DNA of 64,000 nucleotides from a bacterium. Lineage in GTDB: Bacteria; Cyanobacteriota; Vampirovibrionia; Obscuribacterales; JAKAZS01. The first letter of the stretch is position 1. Every line of letters begins with the position of its first letter. The stretch covers positions 248-64,247 of the forward strand of contig JAKAZS010000002.1 of the NCBI GenBank assembly GCA_021815785.1, given 5' to 3'. Shown here one piece after another: positions 28,230-37,247 of this stretch. Below the pieces are notes generated by a model. That model saw only the letters and a list, made by a program, of their open reading frames with translations, did no database searches and had not been told where the DNA came from. Made by a program: the position numbers and the translations under genes.

Positions 28230-28898
28230 CTATATTGCTTTACCAGTTTCATCGTTAGCAATATAGTAAGCACAAACTGGGGAGTTTTTAAGCATGTATT
28301 GTTTACGGACTACTTTAACACCTAAGAGATTTTCCATAAATCGCGGCTCTAATATACATAGTTGACGATAATTTTTAGCAATATCATGCAATGCGCAATT
28401 TTTTTGATAAATAATAAAATCACCCGCACCAATTTCTTCAAACTCAGTCATATAACCATCATCAGCAAAAATTTTAACGACTTCGATAATTTTTTCTTTT
28501 AAAGTTTTATGAAGAAGCCTATCTTTATATTCTTTTAACCTTTCTTCATCGCGTTTATTTAGAAGGTCCATAACCCCTTTATGACCATATTGGTTATAAA
28601 CAACTTGTAATAATTCTTTAGCTAAATTTTGAAAATTAGAGGGAAATAATGAATTAGCCTTATCCGTTAAACTATAAATGTAAATCGGCCTGCCCATTGG
28701 CTGTTTGACTAAGCGAGATTGAATCAATCCACTACTAATAAACTCATTTAAATGTCGGCGCACAGCCATAGAAGTTATTTTCAACAATCCACATAATTGT
28801 GGGACTGTTAATTCCTTATGGCTTTTTAAATGAAGGAGTAACGAATCTTTACTTGACTCAACATTAACGATATTAAGATTTTTGGTAATTTTGGGCAT
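28230..28898 (-). CDS. sufR: SufR-like iron-sulfur cluster biosynthesis transcriptional regulator
   Basis: N-terminal winged-helix 'LTVPQLCGLLKITSMAVRRHLNEFISSGLI...GRPIYIYSLTDKANSLFP'. The C-terminus has Cys residues with C-x12-C spacing ('CALHDIAKNYRQLC') plus a third Cys. It is divergently transcribed from the suf operon. Confidence 0.7.
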   Translation of the reverse strand: MPKITKNLNIVNVESSKDSLLLHLKSHKELTVPQLCGLLKITSMAVRRHLNEFISSGLIQSRLVKQPMGRPIYIYSLTDKANSLFPSNFQNLAKELLQVVYNQYGHKGVMDLLNKRDEERLKEYKDRLLHKTLKEKIIEVVKIFADDGYMTEFEEIGAGDFIIYQKNCALHDIAKNYRQLCILEPRFMENLLGVKVVRKQYMLKNSPVCAYYIANDETGKAI

Positions 28899-29107
28899 TT
28901 TTCGTAAATTTATGAGTCTTAAATCGAAGTGGTAAAATACAAAACATTAAAATAAAATAGACAATTCTTACTTTTTATACTATTATATCTCTAAAGTTGG
29001 TAAAATATGTATTATAAGCATTTAATCTGCTTAGAGTGGATAAATTAAAAAATCTGCTTAAAAAATAATATAATATAAATGTTCTATATCTAATTAAGGT
29101 CATATCT

Positions 29108-29905
29108 ATGAGTAATAAAAATGCATTGTTAATAATAAATGATTTACATGCGAAAATCGGTGATAAAACTATTTTAAAAGGCGTTAGTCTCGAAATCAAT
29201 CCTGGATCCGTCCATGCCTTAATGGGAAGAAATGGTTCAGGAAAATCAACTTTATCCTACACAATTATGGGTCATCCTAAATATGAAGTATCCCAAGGTG
29301 ATATTAAATTTGAAGGTAATTCGCTGCTTAATTTAAGTCCGGATGAAAGAGCCAAACTTGGTATAGCCTTATCCTTTCAGTATCCAGTTGCAATTCCTGG
29401 TGTTACTGTATTAAACTTTTTAAAGACTTCACTTAAAGCCGTTCTGAAACGTGATATACCGATTAAAGAACTAAGACCAATGCTTAAAGCTAAAATGCAA
29501 GAGTTAGAAATTAAAGATGAATTTTTATCACGTTATGTTAATGATGGATTTTCAGGCGGGGAAAAGAAAAAACTAGAAATTTTACATTTGAGTTTACTTA
29601 AACCTAAATTAGCCATTCTTGATGAAACTGATTCCGGGCTCGATATTGATGCCTTAAAAGTAGTAGCAAATGGAATTACCAGTCTTAATAAAGAAGGTAC
29701 AGCTATTTTGCTTATTACCCATTACCAAAGAATTTTAAATTATGTAACCCCACAATTCGTTCATATTTTTGAAAGTGGGGAGATAACCAATACCGGAAAC
29801 CACGAATTGGCCTTTAAACTAGAAGAATTTGGCTATGAATATTTTGCTAAAGCCAACCCTGTAGCTTCGACTAATTCAACCAAGGAGGTCAATTATGTCA
29901 GCTGA
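29108..29905 (+). CDS. sufC: Fe-S cluster assembly ATPase SufC
   Basis: Walker A 'GRNGSGKST', ABC signature 'FSGGEKKK', Walker B '[12 protein letters not shown]'. Confidence 0.95.
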   Translation: MSNKNALLIINDLHAKIGDKTILKGVSLEINPGSVHALMGRNGSGKSTLSYTIMGHPKYEVSQGDIKFEGNSLLNLSPDERAKLGIALSFQYPVAIPGVTVLNFLKTSLKAVLKRDIPIKELRPMLKAKMQELEIKDEFLSRYVNDGFSGGEKKKLEILHLSLLKPKLAILDETDSGLDIDALKVVANGITSLNKEGTAILLITHYQRILNYVTPQFVHIFESGEITNTGNHELAFKLEEFGYEYFAKANPVASTNSTKEVNYVS

Positions 29906-31319
29906 AATTTCTACAATGGATAATCTTAACCAAATTGGTACTGATTATAAGTATGGTTTTAGTGATGTCGAAAATTATATTTTTAAATCTGGCCGTGGTT
30001 TAACACCAGAAATTGTCACCAAAATTTCCAATATGAAAAATGAACCTCAGTGGATGCTTGAATTTCGCCTTAAAGCTTTAGCTCTGTTTTACAAAAAGCC
30101 TATGCCGACCTGGGGTAATACTAAATTATTAAATGATATTGATTTTGCTAATATTTTTTATTATATCAAACCCTCAGAAAAACAAGGTACAAATTGGAGC
30201 GATGTGCCTGAAGGCATAAAAAATACCTTTGATCGCCTAGGCATCCCTGAAGCTGAACGCAAATTCCTAGCTGGGGTAACTGCTCAATATGAATCAGAAG
30301 TCGTCTATCATTCAATTCGTGAAGATTTAGAAAAACTAGGGGTTATTTTCACGGACATGGATTCAGGCTTGCGTGAGCATGAAGACCTTGTCCGCAAATA
30401 TTTTGCGACGATAATTCCGGCTAATGATAATAAATTTGCCAGTTTAAATTCAGCCGTCTGGTCTGGTGGCAGTTTTGTGTATGTCCCACCAGGTGTTAAG
30501 GTTGATATTCCACTCCAGGCCTATTTTCGAATAAATGCGGAAAATATGGGTCAATTTGAAAGAACTTTAATTATCGCCGATGAAGGCAGTTTTGTTCACT
30601 ATATTGAAGGATGTACTGCCCCCGTCTATTCTTCAGATTCGCTCCATTCAGCCGTCGTTGAATTAATTGCCCTACCAGGATCTCATATCCGTTATACAAC
30701 AATTCAGAACTGGTCCAAAAATGTTTATAATCTTGTGACTAAACGAGCCTATGCCTATGAAAATGCTAAGGTTGAATGGGTTGATGGTAATCTAGGGTCT
30801 AAATTAACCATGAAATACCCAGCCATATACTTAATGGGCGAAAATGCCCGAGGTGAAGTGCTATCAATTGCCTTTGCTGGCGATGATCAGCATCAGGATG
30901 CTGGTGCCAAAATGGTTCATGTAGCTTCTAATACAAGTTCCATTGTAGTCTCTAAATCAATTTCTAAAAATGGTGGCAGAACATCATATCGAGGTCTAGT
31001 CAAAGTATACGAAGACGCTAAAAATGTCAAAAGCTCAGTTAAATGTGACGCATTACTTTTAGATGACATCTCTAGATCCGATACCTATCCAACCATGGAA
31101 ATAAATGATCAAGACGTAAATATTGAGCATGAAGCCACGGTATCAAAAGTTGGTGAAGAACAGTTGTTTTATTTAATGAGTCGCGGACTGACTGCTGATG
31201 AAGCTACCGCAATGATTGTTAATGGCTTCTTTGAACCCTTTACCAAAGAATTACCTTTAGAATATGCTGTTGAGTTAAACCGACTAATTAAATTGGAAAT
31301 GGAAGGATCAGTTGGTTAA
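29895..31319 (+). CDS. sufB: Fe-S cluster assembly scaffold SufB
   Basis: '[15 protein letters not shown]', 'HYIEGCTAP', 'RYTTIQNWS' and '[19 protein letters not shown]'. AGGAGG Shine-Dalgarno upstream. Confidence 0.95.
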   Translation: MSAEISTMDNLNQIGTDYKYGFSDVENYIFKSGRGLTPEIVTKISNMKNEPQWMLEFRLKALALFYKKPMPTWGNTKLLNDIDFANIFYYIKPSEKQGTNWSDVPEGIKNTFDRLGIPEAERKFLAGVTAQYESEVVYHSIREDLEKLGVIFTDMDSGLREHEDLVRKYFATIIPANDNKFASLNSAVWSGGSFVYVPPGVKVDIPLQAYFRINAENMGQFERTLIIADEGSFVHYIEGCTAPVYSSDSLHSAVVELIALPGSHIRYTTIQNWSKNVYNLVTKRAYAYENAKVEWVDGNLGSKLTMKYPAIYLMGENARGEVLSIAFAGDDQHQDAGAKMVHVASNTSSIVVSKSISKNGGRTSYRGLVKVYEDAKNVKSSVKCDALLLDDISRSDTYPTMEINDQDVNIEHEATVSKVGEEQLFYLMSRGLTADEATAMIVNGFFEPFTKELPLEYAVELNRLIKLEMEGSVG

Positions 31320-31335
31320 TTTAGGAGTGGTGACA

Positions 31336-32619
31336 ATGGAAACAACCAGTCAAATTGATAAGTTAAATATTACATTACCTAAATTTGCCAATGAAAATTC
31401 TGGCTTTACGCAAAACCGCTTAGAAGCTTTAAAACATTTTAGCTTATTGGCCATGCCCAATAATTATGAGCATAACTGGAAATATTCTAATATTGATAAA
31501 TTATCACTAAATACCTCTGTCAATATAGCTAATAATCATAAGGCCAACAACTTTGACTTTATTAGCCAATATCTAAAACCCTTCATTTCTAGTTTCATTT
31601 TTCTTAATACCACAACCACACAACAAACTGGTGACAGTGTTCCAAACTTATTTATGGACACTTTAAATAATGCTTTAACCAATAAACAAGGTTTAATCGA
31701 TAAATTAAACCAAAGTTTTAATACCGACAATGAATTAATTGATAAAATCTATTTTTATAGCCAAGCCTATTGCAATGCCGGAGCGGTAATCGACCTTAAA
31801 GCCAATACTAAAATTGAACCAGTTATAATTATCTACAATGAAATTAAAACGCCAACCAATCAATTAAATTTTCTCAATCTAAATGATAACAGTGAAGCTA
31901 AAGTTATCCTGATTAATTTTAATCAAAAACTGGATACCAATACTAGTCTTACAAATTGCCTAAATAAAATTAAAATCGGGAAAAATGCTAAATTATATTT
32001 AGCTGAACTAAATATACTAAATGATCAAACATTTTACATCGGTAAATCCTTTGTCGACCTGGAAAAAGATGCCCAACTTGAATATTTAAACTTTAGCCTT
32101 GGCAGTATTCAAACCAAAAGCGATATTTTAACTAATCTTAATAGCGGTAGTCAAGTTTCCTTATATGGTAGTGCTTTTGGACGCCAGGATAACAATTTAA
32201 GCTTTAATACCATAGTTAACCATTTGAATCCTCATGCTCAATCTAATATTGATTATCATATAGTTCTTAATGACAATGCTCAATCATTTTACCAAGGATC
32301 AATATTTGTTGATGAACACGCAAATGGAACTCAAGCCTATCAAAGCAATAAAAACTTATTATTAGGCAATGGAGCCCACGCCGAATCATTACCTAAATTA
32401 GAAATTTTAGCAAATGAAGTACATTGTTCTCACGGAGCTACGGTAGGCAAATTGGATTTAGATCAATTGTTTTACCTCCAGACCCGTGGTTTAACCAGAG
32501 TCGAAGCCGAAAAACTACTTATTGAAGGCTTCTTAAAACAAACCTTTAAACGTTATGCGCAAACTGAATTATTTGATTTACTAAGCTTATTCATCAATGA
32601 ACAATTAGAGGTAAAATAA
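31336..32619 (+). CDS. sufD: Fe-S cluster assembly protein SufD
   Basis: C-terminal 'CSHGATVGKLDLDQLFYLQTRGL' SufD/SufB fold. I prefer the ATG at 31336 (AGGAG 8 nt upstream) over the TTG at 31312. Confidence 0.85.
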   Translation: METTSQIDKLNITLPKFANENSGFTQNRLEALKHFSLLAMPNNYEHNWKYSNIDKLSLNTSVNIANNHKANNFDFISQYLKPFISSFIFLNTTTTQQTGDSVPNLFMDTLNNALTNKQGLIDKLNQSFNTDNELIDKIYFYSQAYCNAGAVIDLKANTKIEPVIIIYNEIKTPTNQLNFLNLNDNSEAKVILINFNQKLDTNTSLTNCLNKIKIGKNAKLYLAELNILNDQTFYIGKSFVDLEKDAQLEYLNFSLGSIQTKSDILTNLNSGSQVSLYGSAFGRQDNNLSFNTIVNHLNPHAQSNIDYHIVLNDNAQSFYQGSIFVDEHANGTQAYQSNKNLLLGNGAHAESLPKLEILANEVHCSHGATVGKLDLDQLFYLQTRGLTRVEAEKLLIEGFLKQTFKRYAQTELFDLLSLFINEQLEVK

Positions 32620-32677
32620 ATTAAAACAATAACTTAAATTTATTAACTTACAATTTAAGTTACTAAGGTTACTAATT

Positions 32678-32998
32678 ATGATTAATCAAGAAAATTTTAA
32701 ATTAGAAGTAAACCTTGACGACATTAAACCAGGTACTGTCAAAGTATATAATGTAGCTGATAAAAGTATTGTTTTAGCCAATGTCAATAACGAGTATTTC
32801 GCAGTGGAAAACATTTGCTCACATCAACACATACCACTTAACCCAGATGAAATAGTTAATGAGAATGAAATTGAATGCTCCAAACATGGAGCGCGCTTTA
32901 AACTTCAAACAGGTCTGCCAGTATGTTTACCGGCTGTTAAACCAATCAAAACCTACAAAGTAAAAATTGAAGCCAACCAACTTATTATCACCGAATAA
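32678..32998 (+). CDS. Rieske [2Fe-2S] domain protein
   Basis: 'CSHQH' (C-x-H) and 'CSKHGARF' (C-x-x-H) boxes in a 106 aa protein. Confidence 0.85.
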   Translation: MINQENFKLEVNLDDIKPGTVKVYNVADKSIVLANVNNEYFAVENICSHQHIPLNPDEIVNENEIECSKHGARFKLQTGLPVCLPAVKPIKTYKVKIEANQLIITE

Positions 32999-33021
32999 CA
33001 ATTTTAAAATAGGCTCAAATT

Positions 33022-34260
33022 ATGTTAGACGTAAAAAAAATCAAACGAGACTTTCCCATATTAAACCATTATATTGACGGAAAACCCTTGGTATACTTAG
33101 ACAATGCTGCCACCACTCAAAAGCCTAAAGTCGTCATTGATGCCATCAGCAATTTTTATGAAAACTACAATGCCAATATTCATCGTGGCATCCACACTTT
33201 ATCACAAAAAGCAACGATAGCCTATGAAGAGACTAGACTAAATGTCCAAAAATTTATTAATGCAAAATCCTACCAAGAAATAATTTTCACCCGTAATACT
33301 ACCGAGTCAATTAATTTAGTGGCCTATTCCTGGGCTAGACATAATTTAAAAGCTGGTGATGAAATTCTCTTATCACAAATGGAACACCATGCCAATTTAA
33401 TTCCTTGGTATGAATTAGCCAAAGAAAAACAAATCACTTTAAAATACATCCCCTTAACCAATGATTTTCGGCTTGATTTAAGCAATATTGATAATTTACT
33501 AACGCCCCAAACCAAGTTAGTATCATTAACCTTGATGTCTAATGTACTAGGCACGATTAATGATTTAACCTCCATTATCCAAAAAGCTCACGCTCTTGGC
33601 GCACTGGTATTAATTGATGCCGCACAAGCTATAGCCCATATGCCTATTGACGTTCAAAAATTAAATTGTGACTTTCTCGCCTTTTCTTTTCATAAGATTT
33701 TAGGTCCTACTGGTGTAGGTGTACTTTGGGGAAGACAAAAACTGCTAACCGACATGCCACCTTTTCTAACTGGTGGCAATATGATAGCAAGCGTTTACAC
33801 CGATAGAGCTACATTTAATGAGTTACCTTACAAATTCGAAGCTGGCACTCCGGATATTGCTAACGTTATAGCTAGTAATGAAGCCTTAAATTACCTGAAT
33901 GCAATTGGCTATGCTGATATTATGGCTCACGAGAAATGCTTAACAGCTTATGCCCTAGACATATTAGTCAAACAGGAAAATATAATTCTTTATGGACCAA
34001 ATAATACCATAAATCGCGGTTCAGTCATTTCTTTCAATCTAAACCAAATTCATCCCCATGATTTAGGTCAAGTTATTAATGATTCAGGTATAGCTGTTCG
34101 AGCAGGTCATCATTGCTGTCAGCCACTTATGCGGCAATTTAATATTACCGGAACAATCAGAGCTAGTCTATATATATATAATGATGAAGCTGATATTGAT
34201 ATATTAGCTAAAACTCTTCAATCAGCTTATAAGGTAATGGGCCATGTCGTTACAAGATGA
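33022..34260 (+). CDS. sufS: Cysteine desulfurase SufS
   Basis: 'YLDNAATTQKP', PLP-lysine 'FSFHKILGPTG', and active-site 'RAGHHCCQP'. Confidence 0.95.
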   Translation: MLDVKKIKRDFPILNHYIDGKPLVYLDNAATTQKPKVVIDAISNFYENYNANIHRGIHTLSQKATIAYEETRLNVQKFINAKSYQEIIFTRNTTESINLVAYSWARHNLKAGDEILLSQMEHHANLIPWYELAKEKQITLKYIPLTNDFRLDLSNIDNLLTPQTKLVSLTLMSNVLGTINDLTSIIQKAHALGALVLIDAAQAIAHMPIDVQKLNCDFLAFSFHKILGPTGVGVLWGRQKLLTDMPPFLTGGNMIASVYTDRATFNELPYKFEAGTPDIANVIASNEALNYLNAIGYADIMAHEKCLTAYALDILVKQENIILYGPNNTINRGSVISFNLNQIHPHDLGQVINDSGIAVRAGHHCCQPLMRQFNITGTIRASLYIYNDEADIDILAKTLQSAYKVMGHVVTR

Positions 34261-34696
34261 ATTATATAAAGAAACCATACTCGATCACTATCACTGTCCC
34301 CGAAATCATGGTGTTATATCTGGTGCTACGCTTAAACAGGAAGGAACCAACCCACTTTGCGGAGATGAATTAACATTATACATCAAATTAAATAATGATA
34401 CCATTGAAGATATTAAAATTGAAGCCAAAGGCTGTTCCATTAGTATGGCTTCAAGTTCAATGATGACCGAGGCTATAATAGGGCAAAAGATTAAAAATGC
34501 CCAAATAATTGCCCATAATTTTAAAGATATGATGCTTAATAAAGGTAATGATTATGTATTCAATGAAACAAATGAAGATTTAAATTCTTTAAACGGTGTC
34601 AAAAAATATCCGGTAAGAATTAAATGTGCCTTGTTAGCCTGGAATACATTATTACAAAGCCTAGAAAAAGACGAAGCGAAAGCTCAAGGAGAATAA
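34244..34696 (+). CDS. sufU: SUF system NifU-family sulfur acceptor SufU
   Basis: 'NPLCGDELTLYI', 'GCSISMASSSMM' and 'RIKCALLAW' carry the three conserved Cys. It overlaps sufS by 17 nt. Confidence 0.9.
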   Translation: MSLQDELYKETILDHYHCPRNHGVISGATLKQEGTNPLCGDELTLYIKLNNDTIEDIKIEAKGCSISMASSSMMTEAIIGQKIKNAQIIAHNFKDMMLNKGNDYVFNETNEDLNSLNGVKKYPVRIKCALLAWNTLLQSLEKDEAKAQGE

Positions 34697-34699
34697 AAT

Positions 34700-35008
34700 A
34701 TGACTTCATTACTCGAAGATGTTGTACGTGAAAGCTTAAAAACAGTTATCGACCCTGAAATCGGGATAAATATTGTTGACTTAGGTTTGATTTACGATAT
34801 TGAAGTTTCCCAAGAAAATGTCAACGTAAACATGACCTTAACTTCGCCAGCCTGTCCAATCGGTCCAGTCATCCAGGCTCAGGTCAATCAAGCCATCAAA
34901 AAATTACCTTGGGTCAAAGAAATCAATGTAAAACTGGTCTGGTCACCTCGGTGGGACCCTAAAGCCATGGCCAGCGAAGAAGCCAAGATGGAATTGGGAA
35001 TATATTAA
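34700..35008 (+). CDS. DUF59/MIP18-family Fe-S assembly factor (SufT-like)
   Basis: 'VIDPEIGINIVDLGLIY' and 'TLTSPACPIGP' in a 102 aa protein, the last gene of the suf cluster. Confidence 0.8.
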   Translation: MTSLLEDVVRESLKTVIDPEIGINIVDLGLIYDIEVSQENVNVNMTLTSPACPIGPVIQAQVNQAIKKLPWVKEINVKLVWSPRWDPKAMASEEAKMELGIY

Positions 35009-35068
35009 ATCTTAAAACTAACCAGGTCATTTAATGAAAATAACCACCAAAACCTTTAAACTATTTAA

Positions 35069-35995
35069 ATGGCAAAATTAATAATTCATGATCACGATGG
35101 ACATATTGATGATCTTATTAGTCTAATACTTTTATGGATTTCACCGGAAACTGATTTACAGGTAGTTGGCATAACTAGTGGCGACTCATTTGTTGAAGAG
35201 GCTTTTAAAGCTTCAATTAAAATTGCCACTTTCTTAGATTTAGAAACAGTGGAAATTGCTCAAAGTAATGAATCAGCTCTTAATCCTTTTCCCGAGTCCT
35301 GGCGCAAAGAATCTAGTCTAGTAGTTGATTTACCAATCTTTAGCCAAATCAGCCATAAACGCCCTTATCAAGATTTTAAAGGACGAAATTCATTAGTTGC
35401 TTACAGCGACTGCCTCAAACATGCAAACTCCAAAGTAACTATCGTTACCACTGGTCCATTAACCAATATTGCCTTATTACTGGAACAACAGCCAAAATTA
35501 AAAGACAATATCCAAGAAATTATTATTATGGGCGGAGCCATTAATGTTCCTGGAAATGTTGAAATTGACAATTTTAAACATAAAGCTGAATGGAATATAT
35601 TTGCCCATCCTCAAGCCTTTAGAACAGTACTTAATTCTGGTGTCCATATTAAACTTATACCTTTAGATGTAACTAATTTATTTCCCTTAAATAAAGAGCT
35701 CTTAATTAGCCTTGAAGAACGCGGTCAAAAATCTAAAGCAGCAAAATTAGCCTTAAAATTATGGTCATTAGTTTCAAGTTTTGAATATTATTACTGGGAT
35801 ACTTTAACAAGTGTCTGTGCCATCAAACCAGATTTATTTACCTTTAAAGAACAAAAAATCGATGTCGTTACCAGTGGCTCAAGTATGGGTCGAACTTATG
35901 TTTCACTATTTAGCGGGCGTCATATTGAAATTGCTACGCAAATAAGTAAGGCCGCTTTTGAACAAGTAATAATCGAAACACTTTTAATGACATAG
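35069..35995 (+). CDS. Nucleoside hydrolase family protein
   Basis: N-terminal DxDxxxDD-type box 'HDHDGHIDD', 'VTTGPLTNIALLL' and 'IIIMGGA'. Confidence 0.7.
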   Translation: MAKLIIHDHDGHIDDLISLILLWISPETDLQVVGITSGDSFVEEAFKASIKIATFLDLETVEIAQSNESALNPFPESWRKESSLVVDLPIFSQISHKRPYQDFKGRNSLVAYSDCLKHANSKVTIVTTGPLTNIALLLEQQPKLKDNIQEIIIMGGAINVPGNVEIDNFKHKAEWNIFAHPQAFRTVLNSGVHIKLIPLDVTNLFPLNKELLISLEERGQKSKAAKLALKLWSLVSSFEYYYWDTLTSVCAIKPDLFTFKEQKIDVVTSGSSMGRTYVSLFSGRHIEIATQISKAAFEQVIIETLLMT

Positions 35996-36055
35996 TTTAT
36001 GACTTATAACGGTAAAAGCGGAAAAACATAATCATAATCTGACACGGTTACCTAT

Positions 36056-36520
36056 TTAGCTTTGAGCTTTTTGACCTAAATAATCAACTAAAGCCATTAA
36101 CCCGTATTTATAACTATTACCACCAAAACCACTGATAACACCAAGAGCAATTTTACTAATATAACTGTGACTACGAAATTTTTCACGACTAAAAATATTG
36201 GACAGATGAATTTCAACAAAAGGAATATTACAGGCCAATAACGTATCATAAAGGGCAATGGATGTGTGGGTATAAGCGGCCAGGTTAACTAATAAACCAT
36301 CTATATTACTGGTTTTACAACGCTGGATTTCATTAATAAGGTCCCCTTCAATATTCGACTGATAAAAACTAAGTTCAACTTGCATATTAATTGCCAAATT
36401 AGTTAAATTTGCATTGATTTGGCTAAGGGTAAAATCACCATAAATCTCATTTTGCCGACTACCGGTTAAATTTAAATTTGGACCGTTAATAACTTTAAGC
36501 TCTAGACAACTACTCTTCAC
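36056..36520 (-). CDS. aroQ: Type II 3-dehydroquinate dehydratase
   Basis: 'VINGPNLNLTGSRQNEIYG', 'NLAAYTHTSIALYD' and 'VEIHLSNI'. GTG start overlaps the upstream ORF. Confidence 0.9.
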   Translation of the reverse strand: MKSSCLELKVINGPNLNLTGSRQNEIYGDFTLSQINANLTNLAINMQVELSFYQSNIEGDLINEIQRCKTSNIDGLLVNLAAYTHTSIALYDTLLACNIPFVEIHLSNIFSREKFRSHSYISKIALGVISGFGGNSYKYGLMALVDYLGQKAQS

Positions 36521-37127
36521 TATCTGGTTCCATAGCCGCTAAAGCACATTGGGCTTCAATCAAAAAAGGATCATTACGGGTTAATAACTGTTCCGATTTG
36601 ACTAAACCAATAATTTCGGCCAGTAAATCAGCTAATTGTAAAGCTTCACCACCATAATCTAAATTGTCATCCAGGCTAAACATTGAAGCTGACAATAATA
36701 AACGGGCTTCAACCGAGTTAATGTCAGTAAACTCAATAATTTGACCAAGTAAAGTTGGATTGGCGGTTTTATTAAATAAAACCCCTTTACAAAACTCACT
36801 AATTTCTTCACGTATTTTTAAATTTTTCTCATCAGGTAAACAAGAAGCTACTTGCATTAAATTTAAAGGATTCGTCGCACTGCCACGTGATTCAGCTAAA
36901 TCAATTAAATTGCGAACCTGATTAGCCTTAGTGTTAAACTGACGTTTAAGTTCGGTTTCTGAAGCCAGGGGATATGGCTTTGTGGCTAATTCCAGACGTT
37001 TGTCAAAATACTCCTGAACCTGTTGACGTTTAAGTTCAATTTTCAAAGGTATTATTTCAAACAAGACACATTCCAGCCCTTCTAACTGAGCTTGTAAATA
37101 GATTATTTCATCTTGACTTATTGGCAA
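36510..37127 (-). CDS. Hypothetical protein
   Basis: 205 aa helical ORF with a TTG start, apparently co-transcribed with aroQ. No family recognised. Confidence 0.4.
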   Translation of the reverse strand: MPISQDEIIYLQAQLEGLECVLFEIIPLKIELKRQQVQEYFDKRLELATKPYPLASETELKRQFNTKANQVRNLIDLAESRGSATNPLNLMQVASCLPDEKNLKIREEISEFCKGVLFNKTANPTLLGQIIEFTDINSVEARLLLSASMFSLDDNLDYGGEALQLADLLAEIIGLVKSEQLLTRNDPFLIEAQCALAAMEPDSEE

Positions 37128-37247
37128 CGGCTTTAATCAAATAATAAAAGTAAACTACAATAATATTATTTATTTTATTAAAAATACTATTTCTTTGAAT
37201 TTAAAAACATAAAAATATTTATTTATATGTATTATTTTTTTTTAAGC

